NCBI GenBank assembly: GCA_041666485.1
Contig: JBAYGW010000006.1
Location: 1 to 52,301 of the forward strand
Origin: Patescibacteria group bacterium
GTDB taxonomy: Bacteria > Patescibacteriota > Patescibacteriia > UM-FILTER-42-10
Reading direction: 5' to 3'
Length of the DNA: 52,301 nucleotides
A model generated the notes under the pieces. It was given only the letters and a program-made list of their open reading frames with translations. It was not told the DNA's origin and ran no database searches. This document shows, piece after piece, positions 1-7,985 of the stretch (the stretch's first letter is position 1; the number at the start of each line of letters is the position of its first letter). Position numbers and translations under genes: made by a program.

Positions 1-12
1 GCTTATTAACTT

Positions 13-123
13 CCTCTGGTGATTCTAGCGGAGAGGCAACACCTGTTCCCATCTCGAACACAGTAGTTAAGCTCTCTAGCGCCGATGATACTCTTTATTG
101 GGGAAAGTAGGTCATTGCCAGTT
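13..123 (+). rRNA. rrf: 5S ribosomal RNA (complete; window opens in the 23S-5S spacer)
   Basis: The conserved 5S core CACCTGTTCCCATCTCGAACACAGTAGTTAAGC lies at 40-72. Helix I closes between CTGGTGAT (16-23) and ATTGCCAG (114-121). A hairpin plus T-tract follows directly. Ends are approximate to +/-3 nt. Confidence 0.85.
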
Positions 124-132
124 ATATAGAAG

Positions 133-163
133 AACCTCTGTCTAAAACAGAGGTTTTCTATTT
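133..163 (+). terminator. Rho-independent terminator after 5S rRNA
   Basis: 9-bp stem AACCTCTGT (133-141) / ACAGAGGTT (147-155) with a 5-nt loop, followed by TTCTATTT. Confidence 0.7.
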
Positions 164-525
164 GCTAAAATATAAAAATCAGTGTATGACCTATCCCGAA
201 CTTCTATAGTGAGGGATCAAACATTGCCAGTTTTATGAATAAACACCTCTAACCATGGGGTGTTTTTCATTTTGGGAAAATTGAGCTCAATAAAACAGTG
301 CGAAATCCCGCATTGGAGCGAAGCGACAAGTGCGGGACAGGGGTTTTCTATTTGTGTAAAATATTATAATTACGCACGTAATTTCCTGGATAATTACACG
401 AAAATCGATCCAATATGGGAGCGATTTTTTATTTTGGTGAATATTTTGGAAATACTTGACCGGACAGAATAATGTGTTAAGCTTCGCTCACGCCATATGT
501 ACTCATACACCGAAGGAGGGCCCAC

Positions 526-1056
526 ATGGCAAAGACAAAGTGGAAAGGGAAAAACATCCCCGATCCCGCCCCCAAGCTCTTTGGCAAACAAACCAACCAA
601 CTCCATCGCGGTGACTTTCTGCGCCTTGCTGAACGATTTCAAGATCGCAACCCAACTACTCCGCACCATCCCGAGCTACTGCACAAACTCATCTACCTTA
701 TCCGGCATGCTCTCCATAGATTTACGCTTGACGACCTATGTCAGATGGCGGAAATTCTGGGCAGGATATCGCCCGGTAATATTGAAGGGTCTGTGGAGCT
801 CTATCAGTTCGCAGACGCCTGCAATCTGGTCGGACACCGGATTGAGAAAGTGGCCGGGCACGCCGTAAATATCGCCTTTGATCCGCTCAGCCGGAAAAAT
901 GAAGCATTAATCCTGCTTTCTATGCGGTACCCCGACATGGTTTCCGTCTATCCGGATCGTGACAATTCCGATCTGATCATCGTACGGTTGGAGATTCCTC
1001 CGACTTTCGGATTACATGTCCCGGCAGACATATTCAACCGGGATCATTCACTATAG
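526..1056 (+). CDS. Hypothetical protein, 176 aa, in GC-rich island 1
   Basis: ATG is preceded by GAAGGAGG about 8 nt upstream. The ORF ends inside a strong terminator. I recognised no family motif. GC is clearly above the flanks: line 661-720 counted 32/60 GC, flank 361-420 counted 19/60. Confidence 0.55.
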   Translation: MAKTKWKGKNIPDPAPKLFGKQTNQLHRGDFLRLAERFQDRNPTTPHHPELLHKLIYLIRHALHRFTLDDLCQMAEILGRISPGNIEGSVELYQFADACNLVGHRIEKVAGHAVNIAFDPLSRKNEALILLSMRYPDMVSVYPDRDNSDLIIVRLEIPPTFGLHVPADIFNRDHSL

Positions 1057-1084
1057 GACAATAAATCAATGTCCTATTTTTTTT
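1053..1084 (+). terminator. Rho-independent terminator
   Basis: Stem ATAGGACA (1053-1060) / TGTCCTAT (1070-1077), then a T-run to 1084. It overlaps the stop codon of 526..1056. Confidence 0.8.
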
Positions 1085-1170
1085 GGCTAATATCAGCCAA
1101 AATAGAAATATTGTGAATAAAATTTAAGCTAAAGTTAGCATTATTATACTAAAATACCCCTCAAATTAGC

Positions 1171-1200
1171 TTGACGAATTAGCATCCCATCATTTATAAT
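1171..1200 (+). promoter_or_regulatory. Sigma70-like promoter for the 1245 gene
   Basis: TTGACG (1171-1176), an 18-nt spacer, then TATAAT (1195-1200), 45 nt upstream of the ATG. Confidence 0.55.
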
Positions 1201-1244
1201 CTTTGTATGATAATGTATGATAATTGCTAATATATAACTATAAA

Positions 1245-2093
1245 ATGGCTAATAAAGGACGAAGCAGACTTACAATTACATTAAGGCAGGATTTACTCCC
1301 CTTTCTTGATCAAACAATTGACGGAACAAAGATTAGAAACCGGTCACACGCGATTGAATATATTTTAGGTAAATATTTGCAGGGACCAAAAATCGGCAAA
1401 GCTGTAATTTTGGCAGGTGGTAAAGGAATCCAGATGCGTCCTTTGACTTATGAGATGCCTAAAACGATGATCCCGGTACATGGTAAACCGATCCTGCAGC
1501 ATATTATTGAATCGCTGCGCGACCAGAGAATCAAGGATATTACTGTCTTGATCGGTCACTTGGGTGAAATGATTCAGGATTATTTCAAAGACGGGTCTAA
1601 GTTTGGGGTAAGTATTGATTATGTAAAAGAAAAACACCAGTACGGAACCGGCGGATCATTACGCGAATTAAAAAATAAATTAAACGATGCCTTCCTGCTG
1701 ATTTACGGCGATGTATTGTCAGAAATAAATTATCTGGATTTTATTGACTTTCATAAATCACATAATCAGATTGCCAGTATGGCACTCACCTCTCAGGATC
1801 ATCCGACTGAATACGGGGTTGTAAATTTACAAGGATCAAAGATTGTGAAGTTTGAAGAAAAGCCCGAAAAGAAAGCCGGGCTGTCTCATTTGATCAATGC
1901 CGGCATGTACATTCTGGAATCCAATATCTTTAAATATATTCCGCCAAAAGGATATGTCAGTTTGGAACAAGACGTGTTCCCCGACCTGGCAAAAAGGGAA
2001 AAATTATTCGGCTATCCGTTCTCGGGCCTCTGGTTTGATGTTGCTACTCCTGAAATTTACGAAAACGTAATTAAAGAATGGCCTAAAAATTAG
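1245..2093 (+). CDS. Sugar-phosphate nucleotidyltransferase (NTP_transferase fold) with an N-terminal ribbon-helix-helix (CopG-like) domain
   Basis: The N-terminus RLTITLRQDLLPFLD...RNRSHAIEYILGKYL matches the RHH pattern. AVILAGGKGIQMRPLTYEMPKTMIPV is the G-x-G-x-R nucleotidyltransferase signature and GTGGSL follows. I prefer ATG 1245 over the track's TTG 1224. Confidence 0.75.
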   Translation: MANKGRSRLTITLRQDLLPFLDQTIDGTKIRNRSHAIEYILGKYLQGPKIGKAVILAGGKGIQMRPLTYEMPKTMIPVHGKPILQHIIESLRDQRIKDITVLIGHLGEMIQDYFKDGSKFGVSIDYVKEKHQYGTGGSLRELKNKLNDAFLLIYGDVLSEINYLDFIDFHKSHNQIASMALTSQDHPTEYGVVNLQGSKIVKFEEKPEKKAGLSHLINAGMYILESNIFKYIPPKGYVSLEQDVFPDLAKREKLFGYPFSGLWFDVATPEIYENVIKEWPKN

Positions 2094-2109
2094 ACTTTCT
2101 ATTTAGAGG

Positions 2110-2140
2110 CACATCTTTCAATCCTGGAAGGTGTGTTTCT
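2110..2140 (+). terminator. Possible terminator hairpin
   Basis: Stem CACATCTT (2110-2117) / AAGGTGTG (2128-2135) with one G-U pair, then TTTCT. The T-tract is weak. Confidence 0.4.
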
Positions 2141-2203
2141 GAAGTAGAAGGGTTCGCCCTTCACGCTCTTTTCACATCAACCGCCCTTAAGGGGGTGATT
2201 ATC

Positions 2204-3193
2204 ATGACAGTGCTCGTGGGTGTTTCCGCGAACGTGGAGTACACGCTCTGCTATCCGGCTTGCGATGCCGACAAGCTCAACCTTCCGCCCAGCGGAAGAA
2301 CTTGTTGCGTCGCGGGGTCCTCCTGCAACGTCGCGATTACCCTCCAGAACGCCGGCATTTCGTCGGTGAAGCTCCTTGTCACCGCCGGTGACGATGAGAA
2401 TCGCGGCAGAATCAGCAGCGAAATGGCTCGTCGCGAGCTGGACACATTCCTCCTCCCCTGGAGGAAGACCACCAACGTCAGCTACTCGCTGAACCGGGAT
2501 GGTAAGTCCCAACTGCTCTGCTTCAAGGGTGAATACCTCCCCGGCAAGCTTGAAGAGCATGATGTGATTGAAGGTCAGGTCCGTCAGATCCGACCCAGGT
2601 TCCGGGTAGGAACTGGGGTCCAGATTGCGGACGCACCGGTGATTCACACCATGTTCGGAGCGATCCGGGATGATGAGGGTAGCCTCATCAGCAGCACCAA
2701 CGTGCTGAACCCGGGGATTTCCCTGCTGGAAGCGCACAGCGATCCGGAAACCGACTTCCGTCGGCTGGAATCGCTGCGTAACCTTCTGCTGCGGACCAAC
2801 ATCCTGGTTGTGAACCAGAGAGAGTTGCAAGCCCTGCTTGCCAACATGAATCTGGGGAGCATCCGGCAACTGCAGAGTCTCGGAGCCGAAGGTTCCATGA
2901 AGGTCCTGGTAACCAGATCCAGCGACGGGGCGATCCTGTACAACGGCGATCCGGAAGAAATTCCGGTGGACGCTTTCAACCACGTAGAAGTGGTTGATCC
3001 CGTCGGTGCCGGGGACTGTTTCCTCGGCTACTTCATCGCCATGCTGGTGCAGAACGCGCCCGTTCATCTGGCGCTTGAGACGGCTTCGGCCGCAGCGGCC
3101 ATCACGGTCGGCAGGGTCGGGGGTTCCAATACTCCCAAGCTGTTCGAGGTCCAGGAATTTCTGGCCAAGCACTCCATCCGCACTTCACCCTAA
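2204..3193 (+). CDS. PfkB-family carbohydrate/nucleoside kinase (ribokinase-like), in GC-rich island 2
   Basis: C-terminal PfkB signature VDPVGAGDCFLGYFIA (DxxGAGD) and an N-terminal GSSCNVAITLQNAG (GG-x-N-x-A-like) motif. AAGGGGG lies 8 nt upstream of ATG 2204; the track's GTG 2195 is less likely. Line 2221-2280 counted 34/60 GC. Confidence 0.75.
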   Translation: MTVLVGVSANVEYTLCYPACDADKLNLPPSGRTCCVAGSSCNVAITLQNAGISSVKLLVTAGDDENRGRISSEMARRELDTFLLPWRKTTNVSYSLNRDGKSQLLCFKGEYLPGKLEEHDVIEGQVRQIRPRFRVGTGVQIADAPVIHTMFGAIRDDEGSLISSTNVLNPGISLLEAHSDPETDFRRLESLRNLLLRTNILVVNQRELQALLANMNLGSIRQLQSLGAEGSMKVLVTRSSDGAILYNGDPEEIPVDAFNHVEVVDPVGAGDCFLGYFIAMLVQNAPVHLALETASAAAAITVGRVGGSNTPKLFEVQEFLAKHSIRTSP

Positions 3194-3196
3194 CCA

Positions 3197-3232
3197 GGAC
3201 GTGAAACACACGTGTGTCTCCGTCCTTTTTTT
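3197..3232. terminator. Bidirectional terminator between convergent genes
   Basis: GGACG...CGTCC stem enclosing the palindrome ACACACGTGTGT, followed by T7. It sits between the stop of 2204..3193 (+) and the stop of 3248..4414 (-). Confidence 0.7.
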
Positions 3233-3247
3233 ATTACCAAACAAAAT

Positions 3248-4414
3248 TTATACCTTTAAAATTTTATCCTGCAAATTTTTGTATTCTTCGCTCAAATCAT
3301 CTGTTTCGGTGAATGAACTAACATATTCTCTCATTTTTTCCTTCACTTGAAATGATGCAAAATCAAATAATGAGTCATCCAGTTTATGCTGGTGAACACC
3401 ACCTACGACATCTTGCAGTGAGATTGAGTCTAGATAAAATTCTTTGTTTGAATTATCCGGCCTGACGATACAGCACATTTTACCCGACTCCCCCTTTTCC
3501 AATAATTCAACTGCATACTCACCAAGCTTAATCGCATATTCCCGGTCAATATCAATTGGTTTACCGGTCTGCAGATAGTTCCTAGGAATTATGCATTGAG
3601 CATATATACCAAGCTCTTCTTTAATTTTTTCCCTCAAGCCGATGGAAATAAAATTCTGCCGGGATTCTTTTCTGAATTTGTCTTTTTGGTTATCCGATAT
3701 GCCGGAAACAGACCGGTCAAAACGCACTTCCTCAGCAATTACTACGGTTGCATATTCCCCGTTTGATTTGTATTTCTTTTCAATCGCCTGCATCAGCGAA
3801 TCCAGTGATACCTCCCTTTCCGGAACAACAATTAAATCCGGGTCAGCGAGACAAGAAGCGGCAGGAATCCATCCGGCCTTCATACCTATTGTCTCAACTA
3901 AAAAAACGCGTTTCAGGGCATAGGCAGCGTCCTCTTTTACTTGTTTGGTAATATTAATTATTTTGCTGGCAGCGGTCGGAAAACCGGGAGACCAATAAGT
4001 CCCCGGCAGATCATTATCAACCGTTTTCGGCAAACCGATTACCGGTATCGCCAATTGTTTAGAAACTTCGTATGCCGCGCTCATTGTATCATCCCCACCG
4101 ATAGCGACAATCGCGTCAATCCCCAATTCTTTTATTCTGCTTTTCAGCTGATCAATACCATTATCCTCTTTTAGCGGATTAGTCCTGGAAGACCGGAGAA
4201 AAGTTCCCCCGTGTGTCTGTAATACTGATAAATCAATATCAGTTAAATCAATTGTCTTGCCGCCGACCAGCAGACTCTTCCATCCCTCAATCCCGCCAAG
4301 TACTTTATATCCCTTTTTTTGACCAGCGGAAATAACGCCATATAATGTGGCATTTAAAGCGGCGGCTAATCCACCGCCCGTAAAAGTAATTATGGTCTTT
4401 TTTTTGCTAAACAT
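3248..4414 (-). CDS. pfp: 6-phosphofructokinase, PfkA family, with PPi-dependent-type active-site signature
   Basis: Motifs FTGGGLAAALN, IGGDDTMSAA and LPKTVDNDL. Asp in GGDD and Lys in PKT (E. coli positions 104/124) are the classical PPi-PFK residues, versus GGDG / G-T-IDND in ATP-PFK. GC is low, like the backbone. Confidence 0.8.
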   Translation of the reverse strand: MFSKKKTIITFTGGGLAAALNATLYGVISAGQKKGYKVLGGIEGWKSLLVGGKTIDLTDIDLSVLQTHGGTFLRSSRTNPLKEDNGIDQLKSRIKELGIDAIVAIGGDDTMSAAYEVSKQLAIPVIGLPKTVDNDLPGTYWSPGFPTAASKIINITKQVKEDAAYALKRVFLVETIGMKAGWIPAASCLADPDLIVVPEREVSLDSLMQAIEKKYKSNGEYATVVIAEEVRFDRSVSGISDNQKDKFRKESRQNFISIGLREKIKEELGIYAQCIIPRNYLQTGKPIDIDREYAIKLGEYAVELLEKGESGKMCCIVRPDNSNKEFYLDSISLQDVVGGVHQHKLDDSLFDFASFQVKEKMREYVSSFTETDDLSEEYKNLQDKILKV

Positions 4415-4453
4415 TGCGAATATATCATAGAATTTTTTTCAATATTTTTCAAG

Positions 4454-4482
4454 TTGACAGCAGTAAAATAAGCCGTTAAAGT
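4454..4482 (+). promoter_or_regulatory. Sigma70-like promoter for the 4558 gene
   Basis: TTGACA (4454-4459), a 17-nt spacer, then TAAAGT (4477-4482). The ~75-nt leader contains small hairpins (GGCCAG..TTGGCC, GCGCtcaGCGC). Confidence 0.6.
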
Positions 4483-4557
4483 CATTAAACCAATCACGCT
4501 CGTTAACAGGCCAGAAAACTTGGCCAATTTCTGCGCTCAGCGCCAGGGAGGAAGATC

Positions 4558-5550
4558 ATGGCAGGGATTGCAGTGGGGTTCTCGGTGAACCCGGAAGAAC
4601 ACCTGGTTTTTGAAGGAGGTCTGCCGGAAGGAGTAACGGCCAGAGTCAACCACGATTACTACGCAGTCCACGGGGGCGGGAGTTCCTTCAACATCCACAA
4701 AGCGGTTGCCGGCGCCGGTATCGCTTCCATGCTTTTCGTGCCGGTCGGTTACAGTCCGGACGGTAAACTGGACTTCAATCGGGGACAGATGGATGAAATG
4801 CTCGCGGGCATGAGTGCTGTACGGCTCCCGTTGCGGGATCGGCATTCATCGCGGGCGACTATTCTGTGCCCGAGCAAAGGTCCGGGCGGAAGAATCCTCG
4901 CCTACAAGCCGCCAATTCTCGCGGATCGTGTTCCTGATGCCGTGGAGAAAATCCGCGGACATCTGCGCAACCAAGCACCGGAGTATCTGGTCTTGACCGG
5001 AATCATGGAAGACGAACTTCCGCTGGCCAGGACCTTCACCGAACACAAAGACGGGAAAGTAGTTTTCGCTCCCCATGTCTCACTGATCAATTCCGGCAAG
5101 ATGCTAGAAGTCCTGCCGGAGGCGGACTACTTGTACCTTTCAGCCATTGAAAGCAAAGCGCTGCTGGGCAATAAAATGTCCCTGCAGCAACTGCAGGAAT
5201 TTGCCCGGAAGCATGAGCTGGAGCTGGTCAGTGTTTCAAACGGCAAACATGGTCTCTGGATCGCCACGCCGGAAGACGCCTTCCACATTCCCGAAGTCCC
5301 CTTCGCCGTACGGTGCATTGACACAACCGGTGCCGGTGATGCGCTGATCTCCGGGATGTTGATCTCGTTCCTCAGAGGATGCAAATCCGTCCGCGCTGCC
5401 GCGCTGTTCGGTGCGGCTCATGCCCGCATGGCATGCACCAGAATTGGTGGATCTAGTGTACCGGCCTGGGATGAAGTTGAGAAACTCGTTGAAGCCACGC
5501 GTGGCGGCATTGAGTTTGGCACCAGTGGTTCTTTTTCTACGTCACTCTAA
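4558..5550 (+). CDS. PfkB-family carbohydrate kinase, second and divergent copy, in GC-rich island 3
   Basis: Motifs IDTTGAGDALISGML (DTxGAGD) and HGGGSSFNIHKAVAGAG. GGGAGG lies 7 nt upstream of the ATG. Line 4681-4740 counted 33/60 GC. Confidence 0.75.
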   Translation: MAGIAVGFSVNPEEHLVFEGGLPEGVTARVNHDYYAVHGGGSSFNIHKAVAGAGIASMLFVPVGYSPDGKLDFNRGQMDEMLAGMSAVRLPLRDRHSSRATILCPSKGPGGRILAYKPPILADRVPDAVEKIRGHLRNQAPEYLVLTGIMEDELPLARTFTEHKDGKVVFAPHVSLINSGKMLEVLPEADYLYLSAIESKALLGNKMSLQQLQEFARKHELELVSVSNGKHGLWIATPEDAFHIPEVPFAVRCIDTTGAGDALISGMLISFLRGCKSVRAAALFGAAHARMACTRIGGSSVPAWDEVEKLVEATRGGIEFGTSGSFSTSL

Positions 5551-5578
5551 TTGTGGCGTTTTTTTATTCTACTTGGAA

Positions 5579-5607
5579 TTGACAATTAGTGAAAAAAATG
5601 ATATTAT
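5579..5607 (+). promoter_or_regulatory. Sigma70-like promoter for the M23 peptidase gene
   Basis: TTGACA (5579-5584), a 17-nt spacer, then TATTAT (5602-5607). Confidence 0.6.
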
Positions 5608-5644
5608 ACCTTTTCAGTACAATAACAAATCAATCGCTTGCTAT

Positions 5645-7117
5645 ATGCCTATTAATAAAATAAAGATAAATTTTATTGGCGCTATTATTACCCTTGGAAT
5701 TAGCGCTTTTTTTATTGCAACGGCAAATGCAGCAGATATTCGCACGATTATTTTTCCTGTATTGGGACCAACACACTACTCAAATGATTTCGGTGCACCA
5801 CGCAGTGGCGGAAGAACACATGCTGGAAATGATATTATCGGCAGAAAACACCAGGCATTAGTGGCTGTCATGGATGGCACGATCAGGCTTGTTAATTATC
5901 CCGAACCCTACTGGGGCTATGCTGTTATTTTAGAAGGAACAGACGGTTACGAGTACTGGTATCTCCACATGAATAATGACAACCCGGGCACGGATGACGG
6001 CCGAGCCAGCGGACCGGATATTTACGCCCCTGATATTGCACCGCGGCTTCCGGTTAAGCAGGGTCAACTGATCGGCTATATGGGCGACAGTGGTAACGCC
6101 GAATACACAGTTGACCATCTGCATTTTGAAATCCACCGGCCAGATGGCAATGTTATTAATCCCTACGAAACATTATTAGCTGCACCAAAAATATTTTCAG
6201 CAGTTGACGGACCGACACTTCATAATGAATTATTACCCTATGCTCAGTTCAAAGGCGGCGCATCTATTACCACGGGCAATTTGGATAATTCTTATGAAGG
6301 AATTGAATTAGTAACCGGTGCCGGACCGGGTGGCGGTCCACATCTGCGCGTCTTTTCAGAAAACGGGGATGTACTAAATCAGTTTTTTGCGTATGCCGAA
6401 GATTTTAAAGGCGGTCTAGATGTCACTACCGGTGATATTGATGGTGATGGTAATGATGAGATTATTACAATTCCAGGCCCGGGCATGTCGGCAAATGTCC
6501 GTATATATACACCAAGCGGAGAATTATTAAATGAATTTATGGCCTATCCTGAATTTGCGAAAATGGGAGGCAATGTCAGCGCAGCTGATCTGAATAGTGA
6601 CGGAAGGGCGGAAATTGTAACCGGAACATTGGCAGGAGGCGGACCGCAGGTAAGAGTTTTCAGACCGGATGGCTCCCTGCTGTATCAGTTTTTTGCTTAT
6701 GCCGAAAATTTCCGCGGGGGCGTGGACGTTGCAGCCGTAGCTGCCACATCTGAAAACAGATCAATGATTATTACCGGCCCTGGCCCTGGCGGCGGACCGC
6801 AGGTGCGTATTTTTAAACCATGGGGAGATGTTCTGGGTCAGTTCTTTGTTTATGATAAACAATTCCGTGGGGGCATACGCGTTGATGCGAATGAATATAC
6901 TTCTGGATTATCTGGACCGGAAATAGTTACTGCACCAGCTAGTCGTGGCGGACCTGACTTTCGGATTTTTGACATGCACGGAAATTTGCGTTCGTATCTC
7001 ACCGCTTATGAACGTTGGTGGCGAGGGGGTTACAATATTGCAATTGATAATGACCTAATTTATACCGTAACCACAAACGGCGGCAGAAGAGCATCAGTAA
7101 GGGCAATTACACCCTAA
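5645..7117 (+). CDS. Secreted M23 (LytM-type) metallopeptidase fused to FG-GAP/VCBS-like repeats
   Basis: Signal-like INFIGAIITLGISAFFIATANA. M23 motifs HAGNDI and DHLHFEIH. About six repeats of F.AY...F.GG..V..GD.DGDG..EI.TG.G.GGGP.VR.F follow. Start is moved from the track's 5411 to ATG 5645, because the upstream part runs through the previous gene and its terminator region. Confidence 0.8.
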   Translation: MPINKIKINFIGAIITLGISAFFIATANAADIRTIIFPVLGPTHYSNDFGAPRSGGRTHAGNDIIGRKHQALVAVMDGTIRLVNYPEPYWGYAVILEGTDGYEYWYLHMNNDNPGTDDGRASGPDIYAPDIAPRLPVKQGQLIGYMGDSGNAEYTVDHLHFEIHRPDGNVINPYETLLAAPKIFSAVDGPTLHNELLPYAQFKGGASITTGNLDNSYEGIELVTGAGPGGGPHLRVFSENGDVLNQFFAYAEDFKGGLDVTTGDIDGDGNDEIITIPGPGMSANVRIYTPSGELLNEFMAYPEFAKMGGNVSAADLNSDGRAEIVTGTLAGGGPQVRVFRPDGSLLYQFFAYAENFRGGVDVAAVAATSENRSMIITGPGPGGGPQVRIFKPWGDVLGQFFVYDKQFRGGIRVDANEYTSGLSGPEIVTAPASRGGPDFRIFDMHGNLRSYLTAYERWWRGGYNIAIDNDLIYTVTTNGGRRASVRAITP

Positions 7118-7423
7118 AATATTTGACGAATGTGTTATAATATAGTAACTTGGTCAATTCGGATAGGTGAATGACATATCCTAGACGAATGGACTAGTTG
7201 CTTTCTTTTTTGAATAGAAGCATAAATTATTACGGAGAGGTACTCGCCTCGCTGAAGCGAAGCGAAGCGGGTCAGAGTGGGCCGAAGCCACGAGCAGAGC
7301 AAACTGCTTTGCTCTGAGAGGAGCTGAGGCGGGCTGGCTGATGCGCTATCAGCGCCAGACAGCCCCGGACGAATGGGTTGTTCTACATAAGAAAGCATTT
7401 TAAAAATATTTCTATTTACATAC

Positions 7424-7519
<96 letters not shown>

Positions 7520-7762
7520 TCCCCCATGCTATCGCACGGAGTCGCTCATGGCCTATCGGCCAATCAATTATAGTAACCTAATAACTAACAGCTGAGTCGG
7601 ATGCCTCGAGAGAAATCGAGAGGCATACAATTAAAAGTATTCAAACGGGTGCGAGCGAGGCACGCAGCCGAGCGACAATCAATCCGAGTATACGCAGGAT
7701 TGATTGGCACCCCGGACAACGACCCTGAGTGAGCGGAGCGAATCGAAGGGGAGGCAAAAGTC

Positions 7763-7789
7763 CCTCCCTCTCCGCCAAAATTCAAAATT
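7763..7789 (+). repeat. Direct repeat of the tRNA-Ser 3' end (att-like), copy 2
   Basis: CCTCCCTCTCCGCCA is identical to tRNA positions 7499-7513. With its flank (CCTCCCTCTCCGCCAAAATTCAAAATT) it matches copy 3 at 26 of 27 nt. Confidence 0.7.
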
Positions 7790-7799
7790 GGAAACAAAA

Positions 7800-7979
7800 A
7801 TGAAGAAATTAAATATCAAAATAATGCTCTCCATTTTCGCAATATTATTTGGCGCATTTATGATAGTTTTTGGCGAATTTGACGATAGTCCTGGATTGCA
7901 GGGGCTTGGACTCATAACAGTAATTATTAGTGTTGTGAATATTATAAAAAGCAGGAATAAAAAATCTATAATCTGGTAA
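7800..7979 (+). CDS. Small membrane protein (59 aa, 2 predicted TM)
   Basis: MKKLNIKIMLSIFAILFGAFMIVFGEF...GLGLITVIISVVNII. Start is moved to ATG 7800, because the track's upstream extension crosses the tRNA-end repeat. Confidence 0.5.
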   Translation: MKKLNIKIMLSIFAILFGAFMIVFGEFDDSPGLQGLGLITVIISVVNIIKSRNKKSIIW

Positions 7980-7985
7980 TAAATA

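Noticed and set aside
260-868. ORFs 260..472 (+), 394..669 (-) and 497..868 (+).
   Set aside because: 260..472 spans terminator hairpins and AT-rich spacer and has no RBS. The other two overlap the better-supported SD-preceded frame 526..1056 in the GC-rich islet.
2177-3172. A 331-aa ORF on the minus strand that almost exactly mirrors the PfkB gene. Similar antisense or alternate-frame ORFs lie at 2251-2475, 2644-2979, 2994-3350, 4537-4845, 4846-5099 and 5127-5421.
   Set aside because: These are shadow ORFs expected in GC-rich DNA, where stop codons are rare. Only the + strand frames carry PfkB signatures (DxxGAGD) and SD-preceded starts.
5411-5644. N-terminal extension of the M23 peptidase ORF, from track start 5411.
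   Set aside because: The extension overlaps the end of the PfkB gene and the intergenic promoter (TTGACA-N17-TATTAT at 5579-5607). ATG 5645 gives a normal signal peptide.
7243-7400. Possible SRP (4.5S) RNA. GGGTCAGAGTGGGCCGAAGCCACGAGCAGAGC looks like the domain IV consensus GUCAGGUCCGGAAGGAAGCAGC.
   Set aside because: When I tried to pair the flanks, the helix below the symmetric loop does not form (GGGU versus GAGC). The apical loop is not GNRA. A competing perfect 9-bp local hairpin follows. I left it as an unassigned structured segment; cmscan would decide.
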